Below, one piece after another: positions 1-10,198 of a DNA stretch of 64,000 nt. The first letter of the stretch is position 1, and each line of letters opens with the position of its first letter. Made by a program: the position numbers and the translations under genes. This stretch comes from Opitutia bacterium UBA3534 (GTDB lineage: Bacteria; Verrucomicrobiota; Verrucomicrobiia; Opitutales; UBA3534). The notes beneath the pieces are model-generated. The model saw nothing but the letters and a program-made list of their open reading frames with translations. It did no database searches and had not been told where the DNA came from. The stretch spans positions 34,357 to 98,356 of the forward strand of contig DFOT01000012.1 in assembly GCA_002376875.1 (NCBI GenBank), written 5' to 3'.

Positions 1-981
1 AAAGATATTTTTGGGTATACTATGGAAGGATGGAAAGCAGGAGAGGTGCATGGAATGTTCATGCTGAGCACTCCAGTAGACCGCATAGATGAAGTTGCCG
101 AGGCAGGGTTCAATCAGACGGTTATGATGATAGTGCCTATCGCCTGTATTATTGCTGGGTTCTTTTATTACTTGATCCGTATCTTGGTTATTAAGCCTTT
201 GACTCAATTGATTGATAATCTCGAGCAAGTTGCTAATGAAACCGATGCTGCTTCTGATGAAATTTACTCAGCGAGTACAGCAGTTGCTGCGGGTATTAAT
301 GATCAGGCAGCGTCTTTAGAAGAAACAGGAGCTTCATTGCAGTCAATTGCAGGAGAGTCCAGTAAGACCCTGGCCAATATTCAGGAAGCTAAAGACTCCT
401 CAATGCAGACGAGTAAAAAAGCAAGTGAAGGAGTCAATAGTATGGCGTCTATGGCTGAGGCTATGAATGAAATTAAAAAGTCTAATGAAGAGGTAAGCGC
501 TATTTTGGCCACGATTGATGAAATCGCTTTCCAGACGAATTTGTTAGCCTTGAATGCTGCGGTAGAAGCTGCTCGGGCTGGAGAAGCCGGAAAAGGGTTT
601 GCTGTGGTGGCAGACGAGGTGCGTGCGTTAGCACAAAAGTCAGCGCAGGCCTCTCAAAAAACTGCGGAAATTATTGCGCAATCAACCCAGAAGGGTATTA
701 ATGGTGTTCAAGTTTGTGAGGCTGTGAAAAGTAACTTCGAGGTGATTGCAGAAGGTATTCAAAATGTCCAAGAGCGTATGGAAAGCTTGGTAGGTGCCTC
801 AGAAAACCAAAGTGCTTGTGTTGAGGAAATTAACCAAGCTATGACTACTATAGGGAATACCAGTCAAGCTGTTGCTTCCAGTTCGGAGGAGACTGCGAGT
901 GCTGCGACTCAGCTTAGTGCACAGACTAAAGGACTGAATGACGCAGTAGACGCGTTAGTGGGTATTATGGAAGGTAAATAA
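1..981 (+). CDS. Methyl-accepting chemotaxis protein, 5'-truncated by window edge
   Basis: Reading frame is open from nt 1. TM segment [23 protein letters not shown] is followed by the MCP signalling hairpin motif [41 protein letters not shown]. Confidence 0.9.
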   Translation, partial: KDIFGYTMEGWKAGEVHGMFMLSTPVDRIDEVAEAGFNQTVMMIVPIACIIAGFFYYLIRILVIKPLTQLIDNLEQVANETDAASDEIYSASTAVAAGINDQAASLEETGASLQSIAGESSKTLANIQEAKDSSMQTSKKASEGVNSMASMAEAMNEIKKSNEEVSAILATIDEIAFQTNLLALNAAVEAARAGEAGKGFAVVADEVRALAQKSAQASQKTAEIIAQSTQKGINGVQVCEAVKSNFEVIAEGIQNVQERMESLVGASENQSACVEEINQAMTTIGNTSQAVASSSEETASAATQLSAQTKGLNDAVDALVGIMEGK

Positions 982-989
982 GAGTTGCC

Positions 990-1742
990 TTAGCCTTGGC
1001 AGCAGCCGTTTGCAGGCTTAGCAGGCGTGTTGCTGACTTCACTTACAAAGATATCTTCCATGGGTAGCCCGCTAAGCTTGCGGATACCATTAAGTAATTT
1101 ATAGAGGATAAGTACTGTGATAATCATGCAGGGAAGCGCAATCACAGGGAAGCTCCAGGCGGTCATTTTTCCTAGTTCTTCTGTGAACGCTTGAGTTCCT
1201 GTTTCGCTTTGGATGAGGTATTTAGCTAGTGAAAAGTTTAGACCAGCGCTCAAGAAAAAGGAACTTGCTAGTAGGAGAGTGCATTGCTTAAAAAGCTTCC
1301 TGAAGGCCTCTTCTTGATTTTGCTCTTTGATGGCGGTGTCCACCTTTTCTACTTGCATGATCTTTTCATTATAGAGCATCAGGCGCAAGAGTGAGCGACG
1401 TGACTTTAAGGAGGCTATGATGAGTACTCCTATAATAAAAGGGATGGCAGCTTCTTTAAATGCAATCCATTCTTTAGGGAGCTTAAGTAAGCCAATGCCT
1501 CCGGTAAGCAGAACACTTACAATTCCAATTATGGATAATATGTTATATTCTTTGCGGGTGATAAGATCGTAACTTCCGTAAGTAATAGGGAAGAGTAGTG
1601 CGATGGCTATGCTTAGTTCAGCTGAAAGCGAAAACCACTGAGCTCCTTTAATCATCAGGACTGAAGGCAAGATGATGTTAAAAATAAGGTTTAGGAATGA
1701 GTTTTCCTGCTTTTTAGAGGCTGAATGAGATGATACCGTCAT
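990..1742 (-). CDS. Multi-pass inner-membrane protein, family uncertain (YciB/IspZ-like topology)
   Basis: 250-aa ORF with 5-6 hydrophobic helices (LNLIFNIILPSVLMI, ILSIIGIVSVLLTGGIGLL, AAIPFIIGVLIIASL, WSFPVIALPCMIITVLILY). No catalytic motif recognised. Confidence 0.7.
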   Translation of the reverse strand: MTVSSHSASKKQENSFLNLIFNIILPSVLMIKGAQWFSLSAELSIAIALLFPITYGSYDLITRKEYNILSIIGIVSVLLTGGIGLLKLPKEWIAFKEAAIPFIIGVLIIASLKSRRSLLRLMLYNEKIMQVEKVDTAIKEQNQEEAFRKLFKQCTLLLASSFFLSAGLNFSLAKYLIQSETGTQAFTEELGKMTAWSFPVIALPCMIITVLILYKLLNGIRKLSGLPMEDIFVSEVSNTPAKPANGCCQG

Positions 1743-1827
1743 GAGCCTATTTTCAAAGATTTAGGTTGCTAATCAAGTTTGAAATTTATTCCTATTCGTG
1801 CTATGTTCTCTTTAAAGATTTAAGTAA

Positions 1828-2988
1828 ATGCGTAGTAGTCATTTAGAGCGAATTTTGGGGCATCTAGACGATTTGGATGCCAATAATTTAACCATTCTTG
1901 TGCAGCGTTTGGCACGTGAGCGTGCTTTGTTGGAAATGGTGTTTGATACTATCCAAGAAGGTATTCTAGTGATTGATCATGATGGAATCATAGAATATTC
2001 AAACCAGGCAGCGCTTAAAATGATGGGCATTGAAGAAAAGGAAGTAGGTAAGGCCATTTTATGGAAGCTTGTCCCTGGTCTAGCCCAGACGCTGAATTTT
2101 GACATCAAGGAAAAAGAACTTCAGGCTGCGATTGTCTCGCGAGAGTTTGAATTGACTTACCCAGAGGACCGTTATGTGCGGCTTTACCTTGTGCCTTTTT
2201 TCGCACCCGATGAGCAACAGCGCTTTACTTTAATTCTATCAGACATTACTGAAGAGCGTTCTAGTACCGAAGAACTTATAGAAAATGAAAAGCTTGAGTC
2301 TATCTTTATGCTCGCAGCTGGAGTTGCGCATGAGTTGGGGAACCCGCTTAATACCCTTAATATACATTTACAACTCATGAGGCGGGAGGTCCAAGCAGCG
2401 CAAGAGGGTAAAGGATTAGATAAACTCGCCGAGTCTATTGCCGTGTGTGAGGCAGAGACACAGCGTTTGGACGGGATTATTAAGCATTTCTTGGGAGCAA
2501 TCCGCCCTCGTCCTCTAGAATTAGTAGAGCTTAATTTAGTGGAGGTGCTTGATGAGGTTTTAGCTTTTCAGGCTAAAGAGCTTGAGAACCTTGATATTCA
2601 AGTTGAGGTCTCTTTACAGGAAGCTTTCCCTATAATCCTTGGTGATAAAAGCCAGCTGAAGCAGGTTTTCTTCAACTTGGTGAAAAATGCTATAGAAGCG
2701 ATGGGCCGTGGTGGGAAATTAACGATCAGCACTCATGCGGATGGGGAGTATGCCTTTATTGCTTTCACAGATACGGGTGTAGGGATTTCTCAGGAGGATC
2801 TAGGCCGAATTTTCCAACCCTATTACTCTACAAAAGCAACAGGCTACGGGCTGGGCATGATGATTGTGCAGCGTATCATGCGTGCGCATAAAGCAAAAGT
2901 AGGTGTGGACAGTAAAGAGGGAGAGGGGACAACGGTGACCTTACAGTTCCCTCTTAAGGTAAAACAGTCCCGGATGCTAGAAGACTAG
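1828..2988 (+). CDS. PAS-domain sensor histidine kinase (NtrB/AtoS-like), no adjacent response regulator
   Basis: H-box AAGVAHELGNPLNTL, N-box FFNLVKNAIEA, G1 DTGVGI, G2 GYGLGM. PAS-like EGILVIDHDGIIEYSNQAA lies upstream. Confidence 0.92.
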   Translation: MRSSHLERILGHLDDLDANNLTILVQRLARERALLEMVFDTIQEGILVIDHDGIIEYSNQAALKMMGIEEKEVGKAILWKLVPGLAQTLNFDIKEKELQAAIVSREFELTYPEDRYVRLYLVPFFAPDEQQRFTLILSDITEERSSTEELIENEKLESIFMLAAGVAHELGNPLNTLNIHLQLMRREVQAAQEGKGLDKLAESIAVCEAETQRLDGIIKHFLGAIRPRPLELVELNLVEVLDEVLAFQAKELENLDIQVEVSLQEAFPIILGDKSQLKQVFFNLVKNAIEAMGRGGKLTISTHADGEYAFIAFTDTGVGISQEDLGRIFQPYYSTKATGYGLGMMIVQRIMRAHKAKVGVDSKEGEGTTVTLQFPLKVKQSRMLED

Positions 2989-3218
2989 ATGTCTATAGTG
3001 TCACCGTCTCTGGTTTTCTTATTCAGAGGTTCTGGCTGCATGAAAAGGGTTGCTAAAAAATAAAGCATCAGTGCAGGAAGTCCGCCTGTGCAAAGGAATA
3101 GAATAACAAAGAAAATGCGCACCCAGGCAACTGGAAGCTCTCTCCAGCGTGCGATCCCCTCACAGACACCCAGGACGATTCCTGTACGTGAACGATAGAG
3201 TTTAGGTTCCTGGGACAT
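2985..3218 (-). CDS. PspC-domain small membrane protein
   Basis: LYRSRTGIVLGVCEGIARWRELPVAWVRIFFVILF fits the PspC-domain pattern and is followed by a TM helix. Its stop shares the tetranucleotide CTAG with the kinase stop. Confidence 0.75.
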   Translation of the reverse strand: MSQEPKLYRSRTGIVLGVCEGIARWRELPVAWVRIFFVILFLCTGGLPALMLYFLATLFMQPEPLNKKTRDGDTIDI

Positions 3219-3426
3219 GATATGTGTTTTCCTGTCGTGTGCGGGTTGATTCAGGCAGATGAGGGGGCGCGTAGCTGGCCTTACGTTCTGGCAAAGGAGA
3301 TTGTATGCTATGAGGGTCTACTCGCTTCTTTGTAAGGTCCAGGATGCTAGTGGATTTAGAGTTTGCTCCAGAGGCAATCTCTCCTAGCAGGGGTTGATTG
3401 AGTGATGATTGGCTAAGTGGATCCAT
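3202..3426 (-). CDS. Hypothetical low-complexity protein (weak call)
   Basis: 74-aa ORF overlapping the PspC start by 17 nt. S/P/T-rich with no motif, and could be non-coding. Confidence 0.25.
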   Translation of the reverse strand: MDPLSQSSLNQPLLGEIASGANSKSTSILDLTKKRVDPHSIQSPLPERKASYAPPHLPESTRTRQENTYHVPGT

Positions 3427-3556
3427 AATAAAATTATAGTTAATGAGGCTTTGGACTAATTATAGGTCCTGAAGATAGGTAAAATAGGCTTAATTTCCAA
3501 GGATATAGCGGTTTTGAATTGTAGAATTCTTCCCCTTGGGTACTATTATCCAGCTT

Positions 3557-4873
3557 ATGAATAATACTGTTCGTGTCCGTTTTGCTCCTAGCCCTACAGG
3601 CTTCTTTCATATTGGAAGTGCGCGTACCGCTCTTTTTAATTGGCTCTATGCTCGCCATACAGGGGGGACTTTCGTCCTACGTGTGGAAGATACTGATAAA
3701 GAGCGTAATACAGAAGAAGCCTTGCGGGTTCTTTATGAGGGTATGCGTTGGCTAGGGCTCGACTGGGATGAAGGCCCCGAGGCCGGGGGTGATTATGGCC
3801 CTTATTTCCAAAGCCAGCGTGAGGATATCTATAAGAGTTACCTCGAGAAGTTGAGAGCCAGTGGGCGCGCTTACGATAAAGAGGGTGCAGTATTTTTTAA
3901 GATTTCGGGTGAAGCCCAAGTTATCCAGGATGCGGTCCGTGGAGAAGTGAGCCGTACCGAAGAGAAGGACTTTGTTATTTTTCGCTCCAATGGAACTCCT
4001 GTGTTTCACTTTGTGAATGTGGTTGATGATATTGAGATGAAGATCACCCACGTGATTCGTGGAGAGGATCATTTGTCTAATACGAGCAAGCACGTGGAGC
4101 TTTTTAAGGCATTTGGAGCCCCCTTGCCTACATTTGCGCATATCCCTCTTATTCTAAAATCACAAGGATCTGGAAAGATGAGTAAGCGTGATGAAGGCGC
4201 CCTTATTGAAGATTATGCCAGCCGCCACTTTTTGCCTGAGGCTGTTCGTAACTATTTATGTTTATTGGGCTGGTCCCCTAAAGATGATCGGGAGATTTTG
4301 AGCATCGAGGAGATTATTAAGCTTTTTGACCTCTCGGGGATTAATAAGAATAACGCCCGTTTTGATGAGCGTAAGCTTTCTTTTATTAACGCTGATTATG
4401 TGCGCAAGCTCCCCTTGGAGACCTTAGCTTGGCTTACGCGTCCCATGCTTACTCAGGCAGGTGTGCTTGAAGAGGGGTGTGATGAGGACTACTTCCAGTC
4501 AGTACTGGCTATTAGCCAAGAAAAAGTGAAGGATTTGGAATCGATGCCTGATTTCTTAAAGTACTTCTTTAAGGAAGATTATTCGCAGGATGAAAAGGCG
4601 CACAAGAAGATCTTCAAGAAGCCTGAGGCTAAGACCCGTCTTGAAGAGATTTTTGGCCTCTTTAAAAGCCAAGAAGTCTTTACAGCTGAGGCTCTTGAAC
4701 CCGCTGTGGAGGCTTTAGCCACTGAGCATGAGACGGGCACCGGAGCCTATATCCAGCCGGTCAGATTTGCTATTTCAGGCCAAGGAATGGGGCCTAGCTT
4801 CTATCCTTTACTCGAAGTTCTCGGAAAAGATCGTGTTATTGGAAGAATAGAATCGTTTTTAGCCGCTTCATAG
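3557..4873 (+). CDS. gltX: Glutamyl-tRNA synthetase
   Basis: Class I signatures HIGS ([14 protein letters not shown]) and KMSK (GSGKMSKRD). ATG at 3557 preferred over the upstream TTG at 3536. Confidence 0.95.
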   Translation: MNNTVRVRFAPSPTGFFHIGSARTALFNWLYARHTGGTFVLRVEDTDKERNTEEALRVLYEGMRWLGLDWDEGPEAGGDYGPYFQSQREDIYKSYLEKLRASGRAYDKEGAVFFKISGEAQVIQDAVRGEVSRTEEKDFVIFRSNGTPVFHFVNVVDDIEMKITHVIRGEDHLSNTSKHVELFKAFGAPLPTFAHIPLILKSQGSGKMSKRDEGALIEDYASRHFLPEAVRNYLCLLGWSPKDDREILSIEEIIKLFDLSGINKNNARFDERKLSFINADYVRKLPLETLAWLTRPMLTQAGVLEEGCDEDYFQSVLAISQEKVKDLESMPDFLKYFFKEDYSQDEKAHKKIFKKPEAKTRLEEIFGLFKSQEVFTAEALEPAVEALATEHETGTGAYIQPVRFAISGQGMGPSFYPLLEVLGKDRVIGRIESFLAAS

Positions 4874-4890
4874 GGTATAATAATACCACA

Positions 4891-5916
4891 ATGATTGATT
4901 TACACGTGCATCTTGGTGGAGCCGTCCCCGCAGCTGTATTGTGGGAGATTTTATGTGATGGGGGGCTTCAGACAGAATTTGGTTCTTTTGATAAGCTTCA
5001 GGATTACTTAACGGTTCGCTTTGATGAAATCCTCAGCCTAGATGATTTTTTAGGCCGTTATTTCCACGCAACAGAACTCATACAATCATCCCCCCATGCT
5101 GCAAGTGTAGCAGCCTATCAAGCCATTGCGAAGGCTTACCGTCGCTCACGTATCCAGGGGATGGAGTTGCGTTATAACCCACTGAAGCGGATTCGTGAAG
5201 GGATGCATACCCTAGACTCTATTATTATGGCGACTATTCAGGGTCTGCAGCGTGCCTCTTTGCATTATGGTGTCAAAACAGGGATTCTTTTTTCTTTGGA
5301 CAAAGGAGGTACTTTGGAAGGTAATTGGTCGATCGTAGAAGAAGCGATGCGCTTCCGTGGCCAAGGAGGCTTACGGGGTGCTTACGGGATTGTAGGGATC
5401 GATATTGCTGGTCCTGAGTCTTTGGGTCGAGAGCATGATAAAGACTGGCTTGCGCATATGGCAGCTATGTTTGATGAAGCCCGCAAAGTAGGCTTAGGTC
5501 TATCCTGGCACGTTGGGGAGACTGCGCATACAGGCCCGGAGGCGATGATTAACGTCATTGAGACAATCCGCCCTGATCGTATTGGTCATGGTATTGAGCT
5601 GCGTAAGGCCCAGGGTAAGCAGCGCGACCATTTGTGTGGTCTTTTGCGCGAACGCCAGATTTGCTTAGAGATTTGCCCAACGGTTAATTTAGTTACCCGC
5701 TCTATTCAGGATTTGAAGGAAATAGCCGATCTTATTCGCCTTCTCGATAAAGAGCACATTCCTTTTTGCCTTAATACGGATAACCCCTACATTGTGAATA
5801 CAAACTTGCAGCGCGAGTATGACCTTATTGCAGAGGTCTTAGGGGATGATGCCCACTTGCTAGATCAGGCTAAGTCGTATGCCGATCAGGCCTCTTTCTT
5901 GCAAGAAAGAGCTTAG
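4891..5916 (+). CDS. Adenosine/AMP deaminase-family metallohydrolase
   Basis: N-terminal DLHVHLGG, SWHVGE, GHGIEL and NTDNP motifs typical of the adenosine deaminase fold. Confidence 0.85.
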   Translation: MIDLHVHLGGAVPAAVLWEILCDGGLQTEFGSFDKLQDYLTVRFDEILSLDDFLGRYFHATELIQSSPHAASVAAYQAIAKAYRRSRIQGMELRYNPLKRIREGMHTLDSIIMATIQGLQRASLHYGVKTGILFSLDKGGTLEGNWSIVEEAMRFRGQGGLRGAYGIVGIDIAGPESLGREHDKDWLAHMAAMFDEARKVGLGLSWHVGETAHTGPEAMINVIETIRPDRIGHGIELRKAQGKQRDHLCGLLRERQICLEICPTVNLVTRSIQDLKEIADLIRLLDKEHIPFCLNTDNPYIVNTNLQREYDLIAEVLGDDAHLLDQAKSYADQASFLQERA

Positions 5917-5918
5917 GA

Positions 5919-7118
5919 TTAGCTCTCTTCTATTGGGTCTACGAGGTTTTTGTTGGCGTATAAGAATGCGCCTAGTGCTACGATAAATGAAAATATAAAT
6001 AGCGCGGAAAGGGGTAGTAGTGTCATGTCGCTGACGATGCCCCCTAAGAAAGAGCCGATAGTTGCAAATACTGTATACGAGATATTACGCAGTGATGAGG
6101 CTGCACCCATCGCATCCTTAAACATCCGTACTGCAAGCGTTGTAGAGGGGGCAAAAATCATGGAATAGCCAACAGCATAAGCGGCTAGGCAGACGGTAAT
6201 TACGTAAGTATTGTGAGGGCAAAATAGGTAGGCCCCTAAGAGGGCTATACTTCCAAGTCCTGAGATTATTATGCCCAATAAAGACGTTTTCTTTAGACCA
6301 AGATGAGGGATAAGCACAGAAGCTAGGTAGGAAGCTAAGCTTAAAGAGATCGACACAAACGCAACATAATAACCGTAGCGATTTACTGGAATCTCGAGTA
6401 CACGGACAAAGTACAAAGGCGTAATGGTTAGGTAAGCCCAGAAGCCTGTACAAAGAATAGGATTCAGAGATAGGTTAAAGGCAAACTCTTTGTTCTTTAG
6501 GAGTGCGAATGACTTTTTGCAAGAGTCCCAAAGCTTAAGTTTATGAGTCGTGACAGGAGGCTTTGTTTCAATTAGCAATGTAAAAAAGGCTATTAGAAGT
6601 AAGAGACTTAGAAAGGCAGTGAGCCCAAAGTTCATCCGCCAGCCATACCAGGAGTCAATATACCCCCCGAGTACAGGGGCTGCTGCAGGGATCAGTGCCA
6701 TAAGTGCCCCAAGGACAGCCAAAATTTTAGCACCTTGTTTTTGGTCGTAAAGGTCTTGGATGCCTGCAATGCCTACAGCAAAGGGTATAGCTGCTCCGAT
6801 TCCCTGGAAAATACGCCCAAGTAAGAAAGTAGACATATCTGGAGCAATCGCACACACACTGTTCCCGACAAAGAAGAAGACGACTCCTATTTTTAGGATC
6901 GGTTTGCGGCCGTAATGGTCAGACAAAGGGCCTACAATAATGCTAATGACTAAAGAGCTTAAAAGGCTTACCCAAATGCTTGATTGGATGACATGCGTGC
7001 TGACTCCAAAGTCATAAGCCATGTTTGAGAGGCTAGGCAGGAAGATGTCCATGGAAAGCAGTCCTGCACAAAATCCGGCTAAAATGAGAACGGGGAAGAG
7101 CTTTCGTCGAGTAATCAT
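5919..7118 (-). CDS. MFS transporter (Bcr/CflA drug-efflux-like)
   Basis: 399 aa with about 12 TM. MFS loop motif SDHYGRKPILKIG between TM2 and TM3. Confidence 0.85.
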   Translation of the reverse strand: MITRRKLFPVLILAGFCAGLLSMDIFLPSLSNMAYDFGVSTHVIQSSIWVSLLSSLVISIIVGPLSDHYGRKPILKIGVVFFFVGNSVCAIAPDMSTFLLGRIFQGIGAAIPFAVGIAGIQDLYDQKQGAKILAVLGALMALIPAAAPVLGGYIDSWYGWRMNFGLTAFLSLLLLIAFFTLLIETKPPVTTHKLKLWDSCKKSFALLKNKEFAFNLSLNPILCTGFWAYLTITPLYFVRVLEIPVNRYGYYVAFVSISLSLASYLASVLIPHLGLKKTSLLGIIISGLGSIALLGAYLFCPHNTYVITVCLAAYAVGYSMIFAPSTTLAVRMFKDAMGAASSLRNISYTVFATIGSFLGGIVSDMTLLPLSALFIFSFIVALGAFLYANKNLVDPIEES

Positions 7119-7239
7119 TGTGTTCTAAAAAAGATATATTAGTACAAGCGTATTCATTTTTAAAGTGATATCTTAGAGAATGTTGCCGATCTCTATTTTC
7201 TCCTGGTCAATTCTTTGATTTTAATCTACCTTTACCTTC

Positions 7240-7761
7240 ATGAGCAGTTTAATTGAAGGTGCTGGTATTTTCATTTACCCCTTAGGGCTATGTTCTATCT
7301 TGGCTCTTTTTATTATGGTTGAGCGTGCCTTGGCTCTAAAGCCCGCACGTGTGTTAGGGGATGCCCCAGGGAGTATGCGCAGTAAAATTCTCTCCTTTTA
7401 TCAAAAAGAAAATCCGGATCCTGAATCTTTGAAGGCATTTACTCGTCTCCAGGTTGCACAATTAGAGCGTGGGCTCTTTGTTTTAGAGATTATTATTGGT
7501 GCTGCCCCTTTATTAGGCCTGCTAGGGACAGTTACAGGATTGGTCCAAGTGTTTGCTCATATTTCTCCGGAAACAGGGATGCCTAACCCAGAAGCATTTA
7601 TCCAAGGAATTGCGCTAGCTCTCACCACTACTATGATCGGCCTAGCGATCGCGATTCCAGCCCTAGCAGGGAATAGTTACCTGCAGCGTCGTATTGAGTT
7701 GTTGACTGCCAAAGCTGAAGTGCTGATTCAAGGCCTGATTGATCAGAAGGTATGCAATTGA
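7240..7761 (+). CDS. MotA/TolQ/ExbB-family proton channel
   Basis: 173 aa with 3 TM. Conserved C-terminal LLGLLGTVTGLVQVF and ALTTTMIGLAIAIPAL. Confidence 0.85.
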   Translation: MSSLIEGAGIFIYPLGLCSILALFIMVERALALKPARVLGDAPGSMRSKILSFYQKENPDPESLKAFTRLQVAQLERGLFVLEIIIGAAPLLGLLGTVTGLVQVFAHISPETGMPNPEAFIQGIALALTTTMIGLAIAIPALAGNSYLQRRIELLTAKAEVLIQGLIDQKVCN

Positions 7762-8150
7762 GACCCAAGCGCCGTCGCCGTACTGAGATTAATATCGTCC
7801 CTCTGGTGGATGTATTGATTGTGCTTATTTTCTTTTTCTTGATGACTATGCAGTTTAAGACACTCAGCGTCTTAAACATAACACCCCCTAAGCTTGAGAC
7901 TGCAGGCAAGCAAAAAGATTACGACGTTATCCAGATCGCGATTGATGAGTCAGGTACTCTTTTTTACAACAATCAAAAGCTCGATGCTGAGGCTTTGCGC
8001 GTTACGCTTGAGCTTGCTGCAACCCAGGCAGCACCCGATCAGAACGTACTTGTCCTTGCGGATGAAAATGCACCGCTTAAGTATGTGACACTCGTGATGG
8101 ACGAGTGCCGCTTAGTGAATCTAGAGAAGATCCGGCTGCAAACTCGTTAG
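7752..8150 (+). CDS. ExbD/TolR biopolymer transport protein
   Basis: N-terminal RRRRTEINIVPLVDVLIVLIFFF anchor. 10-nt overlap with the upstream channel gene. Confidence 0.85.
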   Translation: MQLRPKRRRRTEINIVPLVDVLIVLIFFFLMTMQFKTLSVLNITPPKLETAGKQKDYDVIQIAIDESGTLFYNNQKLDAEALRVTLELAATQAAPDQNVLVLADENAPLKYVTLVMDECRLVNLEKIRLQTR

Positions 8151-9355
8151 GCTTTTACGCCTTGGCTAGGGATGTCTACCTCAAGCTCCACCTCTTCTTC
8201 ATAATTGATCCCGGGTAAACCGAAGCCAAAAAGTCTGAGAAAGTTTTCTTGGTAGCCGGCAAAGTCTGTCTCTGCCTTTAGGTTTTCAGTAGTAATGGCG
8301 GGCCATTGTTCCATGACTGCGGCTTGAATGTCTGCACGCATTTCCCAGTCATCTAGGCGGATACGGCCTTGATCATCGAGTTGAGGGCCTTGCTCACTAT
8401 AAAGGTGATCGGTGAAAAGGCGGACCATTTGCTCGATACAATCTTCGTGTAGGCCTTGCTCTTTCATGATCTTAAACAAGATAGAAATATAAAGGGGCAC
8501 GACAGGAATTGCAGAGCTCGCTTGAGTAACAACAGCCTTGTTCACTGAAATCATTGCCTTGCCTGATTGAGGCTCTAGTAATTTGTTCAGGCGTTGTGCG
8601 GTCGCTTCGATATCTTCTTTAGCCTTACCAATAGTTCCATTTTTGTAAATGTCCCAGGTGATCTCTGGCCCTAAGTAAGAATAGTTAACTGTTTGGACAT
8701 TCGGGGCCAGTATTCCAGCTTGGCTCAAGGCTTCCATCCACAGTTCCCAATCTTCTCCACCCATTACTTTCACTGTGGCTGCTACTTCTTCTGGGTTAGC
8801 TGGTTCGATAGATACATCTACAAGCGCTGCTTTATCGGTATCTAGGTGTGTTCCGGTGAAGATTTCACCGATAGGTTTTAAAGTAGATTTATGCGTTTCT
8901 CCGGTTTCTGGGTCTGTACGGCGTGGGGAGGCTAAGCTGTAGACAACGAGATCAATCGGGCCCATCTCTTCTTTAAGAGTCTTGATGGTTTGTTCTTTGA
9001 TTTCTTTTGAGAAAGCATCCCCGTTAATAGTCTTAGCATATAAGCCTGCTTCTTTAGCTTCTTGCTCGAAAGCAGCGGTGTTATACCAGCCAGCTGAGGC
9101 AGGGCGGCCTTTTTCTGAAGGGCGCTCAAAGCAAACTCCAAGGGTTGCGGCATTGCCTAAGAAAGCTGCAGCAATGCGTGAAGCCAAACCATAACCCGTT
9201 GAGCAGCCAAGGATTAGGACATTTTTAGGTCCATTAGCCAAAGGTGCCTTATTTTTAGCGATTTCTATCTGCTGCTTAACATGGGCTGCACAGCCTTCTG
9301 GGTGTGCGGTCACGCAAACAAAGCCTCGTGTCTTGGGTTTTACCTGTGCTTTCAT
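8147..9355 (-). CDS. fabV: trans-2-enoyl-CoA/ACP reductase (FabV/TER family)
   Basis: MKAQVKPKTRGFVCVTAHPEGC N-terminus and Rossmann VLILGCSTGYGLASRIAAAF. ATG at 9355 chosen over the ORF-track start at 9400. Confidence 0.88.
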   Translation of the reverse strand: MKAQVKPKTRGFVCVTAHPEGCAAHVKQQIEIAKNKAPLANGPKNVLILGCSTGYGLASRIAAAFLGNAATLGVCFERPSEKGRPASAGWYNTAAFEQEAKEAGLYAKTINGDAFSKEIKEQTIKTLKEEMGPIDLVVYSLASPRRTDPETGETHKSTLKPIGEIFTGTHLDTDKAALVDVSIEPANPEEVAATVKVMGGEDWELWMEALSQAGILAPNVQTVNYSYLGPEITWDIYKNGTIGKAKEDIEATAQRLNKLLEPQSGKAMISVNKAVVTQASSAIPVVPLYISILFKIMKEQGLHEDCIEQMVRLFTDHLYSEQGPQLDDQGRIRLDDWEMRADIQAAVMEQWPAITTENLKAETDFAGYQENFLRLFGFGLPGINYEEEVELEVDIPSQGVKA

Positions 9356-9524
9356 AATAAAATAGGCCTCCAGGAAAAAGAAAAGGAGCTCTTGGGGCAA
9401 GTTTATAATTGTTTTTAGTTTTGTATTATCGTTAATAAAAAAATCACTTGCTTATGTCTAGACCTAGCTCACTATGAAGATAGATTGGCCTGCTATTAAT
9501 AAATGATAGTTCGCTTTTGTGTTT

Positions 9525-10196
9525 ATGAAATTAGGTGCGATATTTGATTGGGATGGCGTGATTGTGGATTCAGCCCAGATCCATTGTGTTGCTTGGGAGG
9601 CTTTAGCTAAAGAAGTTGGCAAGCCGCTCCCTGAAGGGCACTTTGAACAAGGTTTTGGCCTGAAGAACACCTATATTATTCCTCATATCTTGAAGTGGTC
9701 TCAAGACACCGAAGAGATTAACCATCTTTCTAAACGTAAGGGTGTATTGTACCGAGAGTGCCTAGAAAATACGCCTTTGGAATTATTGCCTGGTGTAAAG
9801 CCTTTGCTTGAAGCATTGCAGCAGGCTCAGATCCCTTGCGCAGTGGGTTCTTCTACAGAACGTTTGAATATAGAAACGATCTTGAAAAAACTGGATATGG
9901 AAGATGCCTTTGCCGCTTTATCGACTGCAGAGGATGTTAGCCGAGGAAAACCAGACCCTGAAGTTTTCCTGAAGGCTGCGGCGAAAATAGAGCGTGATCC
10001 TGCTTGCTGTGTAGTTTTTGAAGATGCAGTCCATGGTCTAGAAGCTGCCCGTGCCGGGGGTATGAAGACGATTGGGGTTGCCACCACGCATCCTAAAGCT
10101 ATCTTAAGTCAAGCAGACATTATCGTTACTCGACTGAGTGAGTTAACCCTTGAAGACTTATACGCGCTTTTCTCTCAGACTGAAGCGCCCCATTGA
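9525..10196 (+). CDS. HAD-superfamily hydrolase (beta-phosphoglucomutase-like)
   Basis: Motif I FDWDGVIVDS, GKPDPEVF, motif IV FEDAVHGLEAARAGGM. Confidence 0.8.
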   Translation: MKLGAIFDWDGVIVDSAQIHCVAWEALAKEVGKPLPEGHFEQGFGLKNTYIIPHILKWSQDTEEINHLSKRKGVLYRECLENTPLELLPGVKPLLEALQQAQIPCAVGSSTERLNIETILKKLDMEDAFAALSTAEDVSRGKPDPEVFLKAAAKIERDPACCVVFEDAVHGLEAARAGGMKTIGVATTHPKAILSQADIIVTRLSELTLEDLYALFSQTEAPH

Positions 10197-10198
10197 TT

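Noticed and set aside
1910-1925. Exact TGGCAC hexamers inside coding regions. They occur at 1910 and also within the add-like gene (4891-5916), lysS (24753-26255) and thrH (38901-39527), and on the minus strand at about 33391.
   Set aside because: In each case the GC dinucleotide is not at the required +12 position. All except the 33391 copy are also intragenic.
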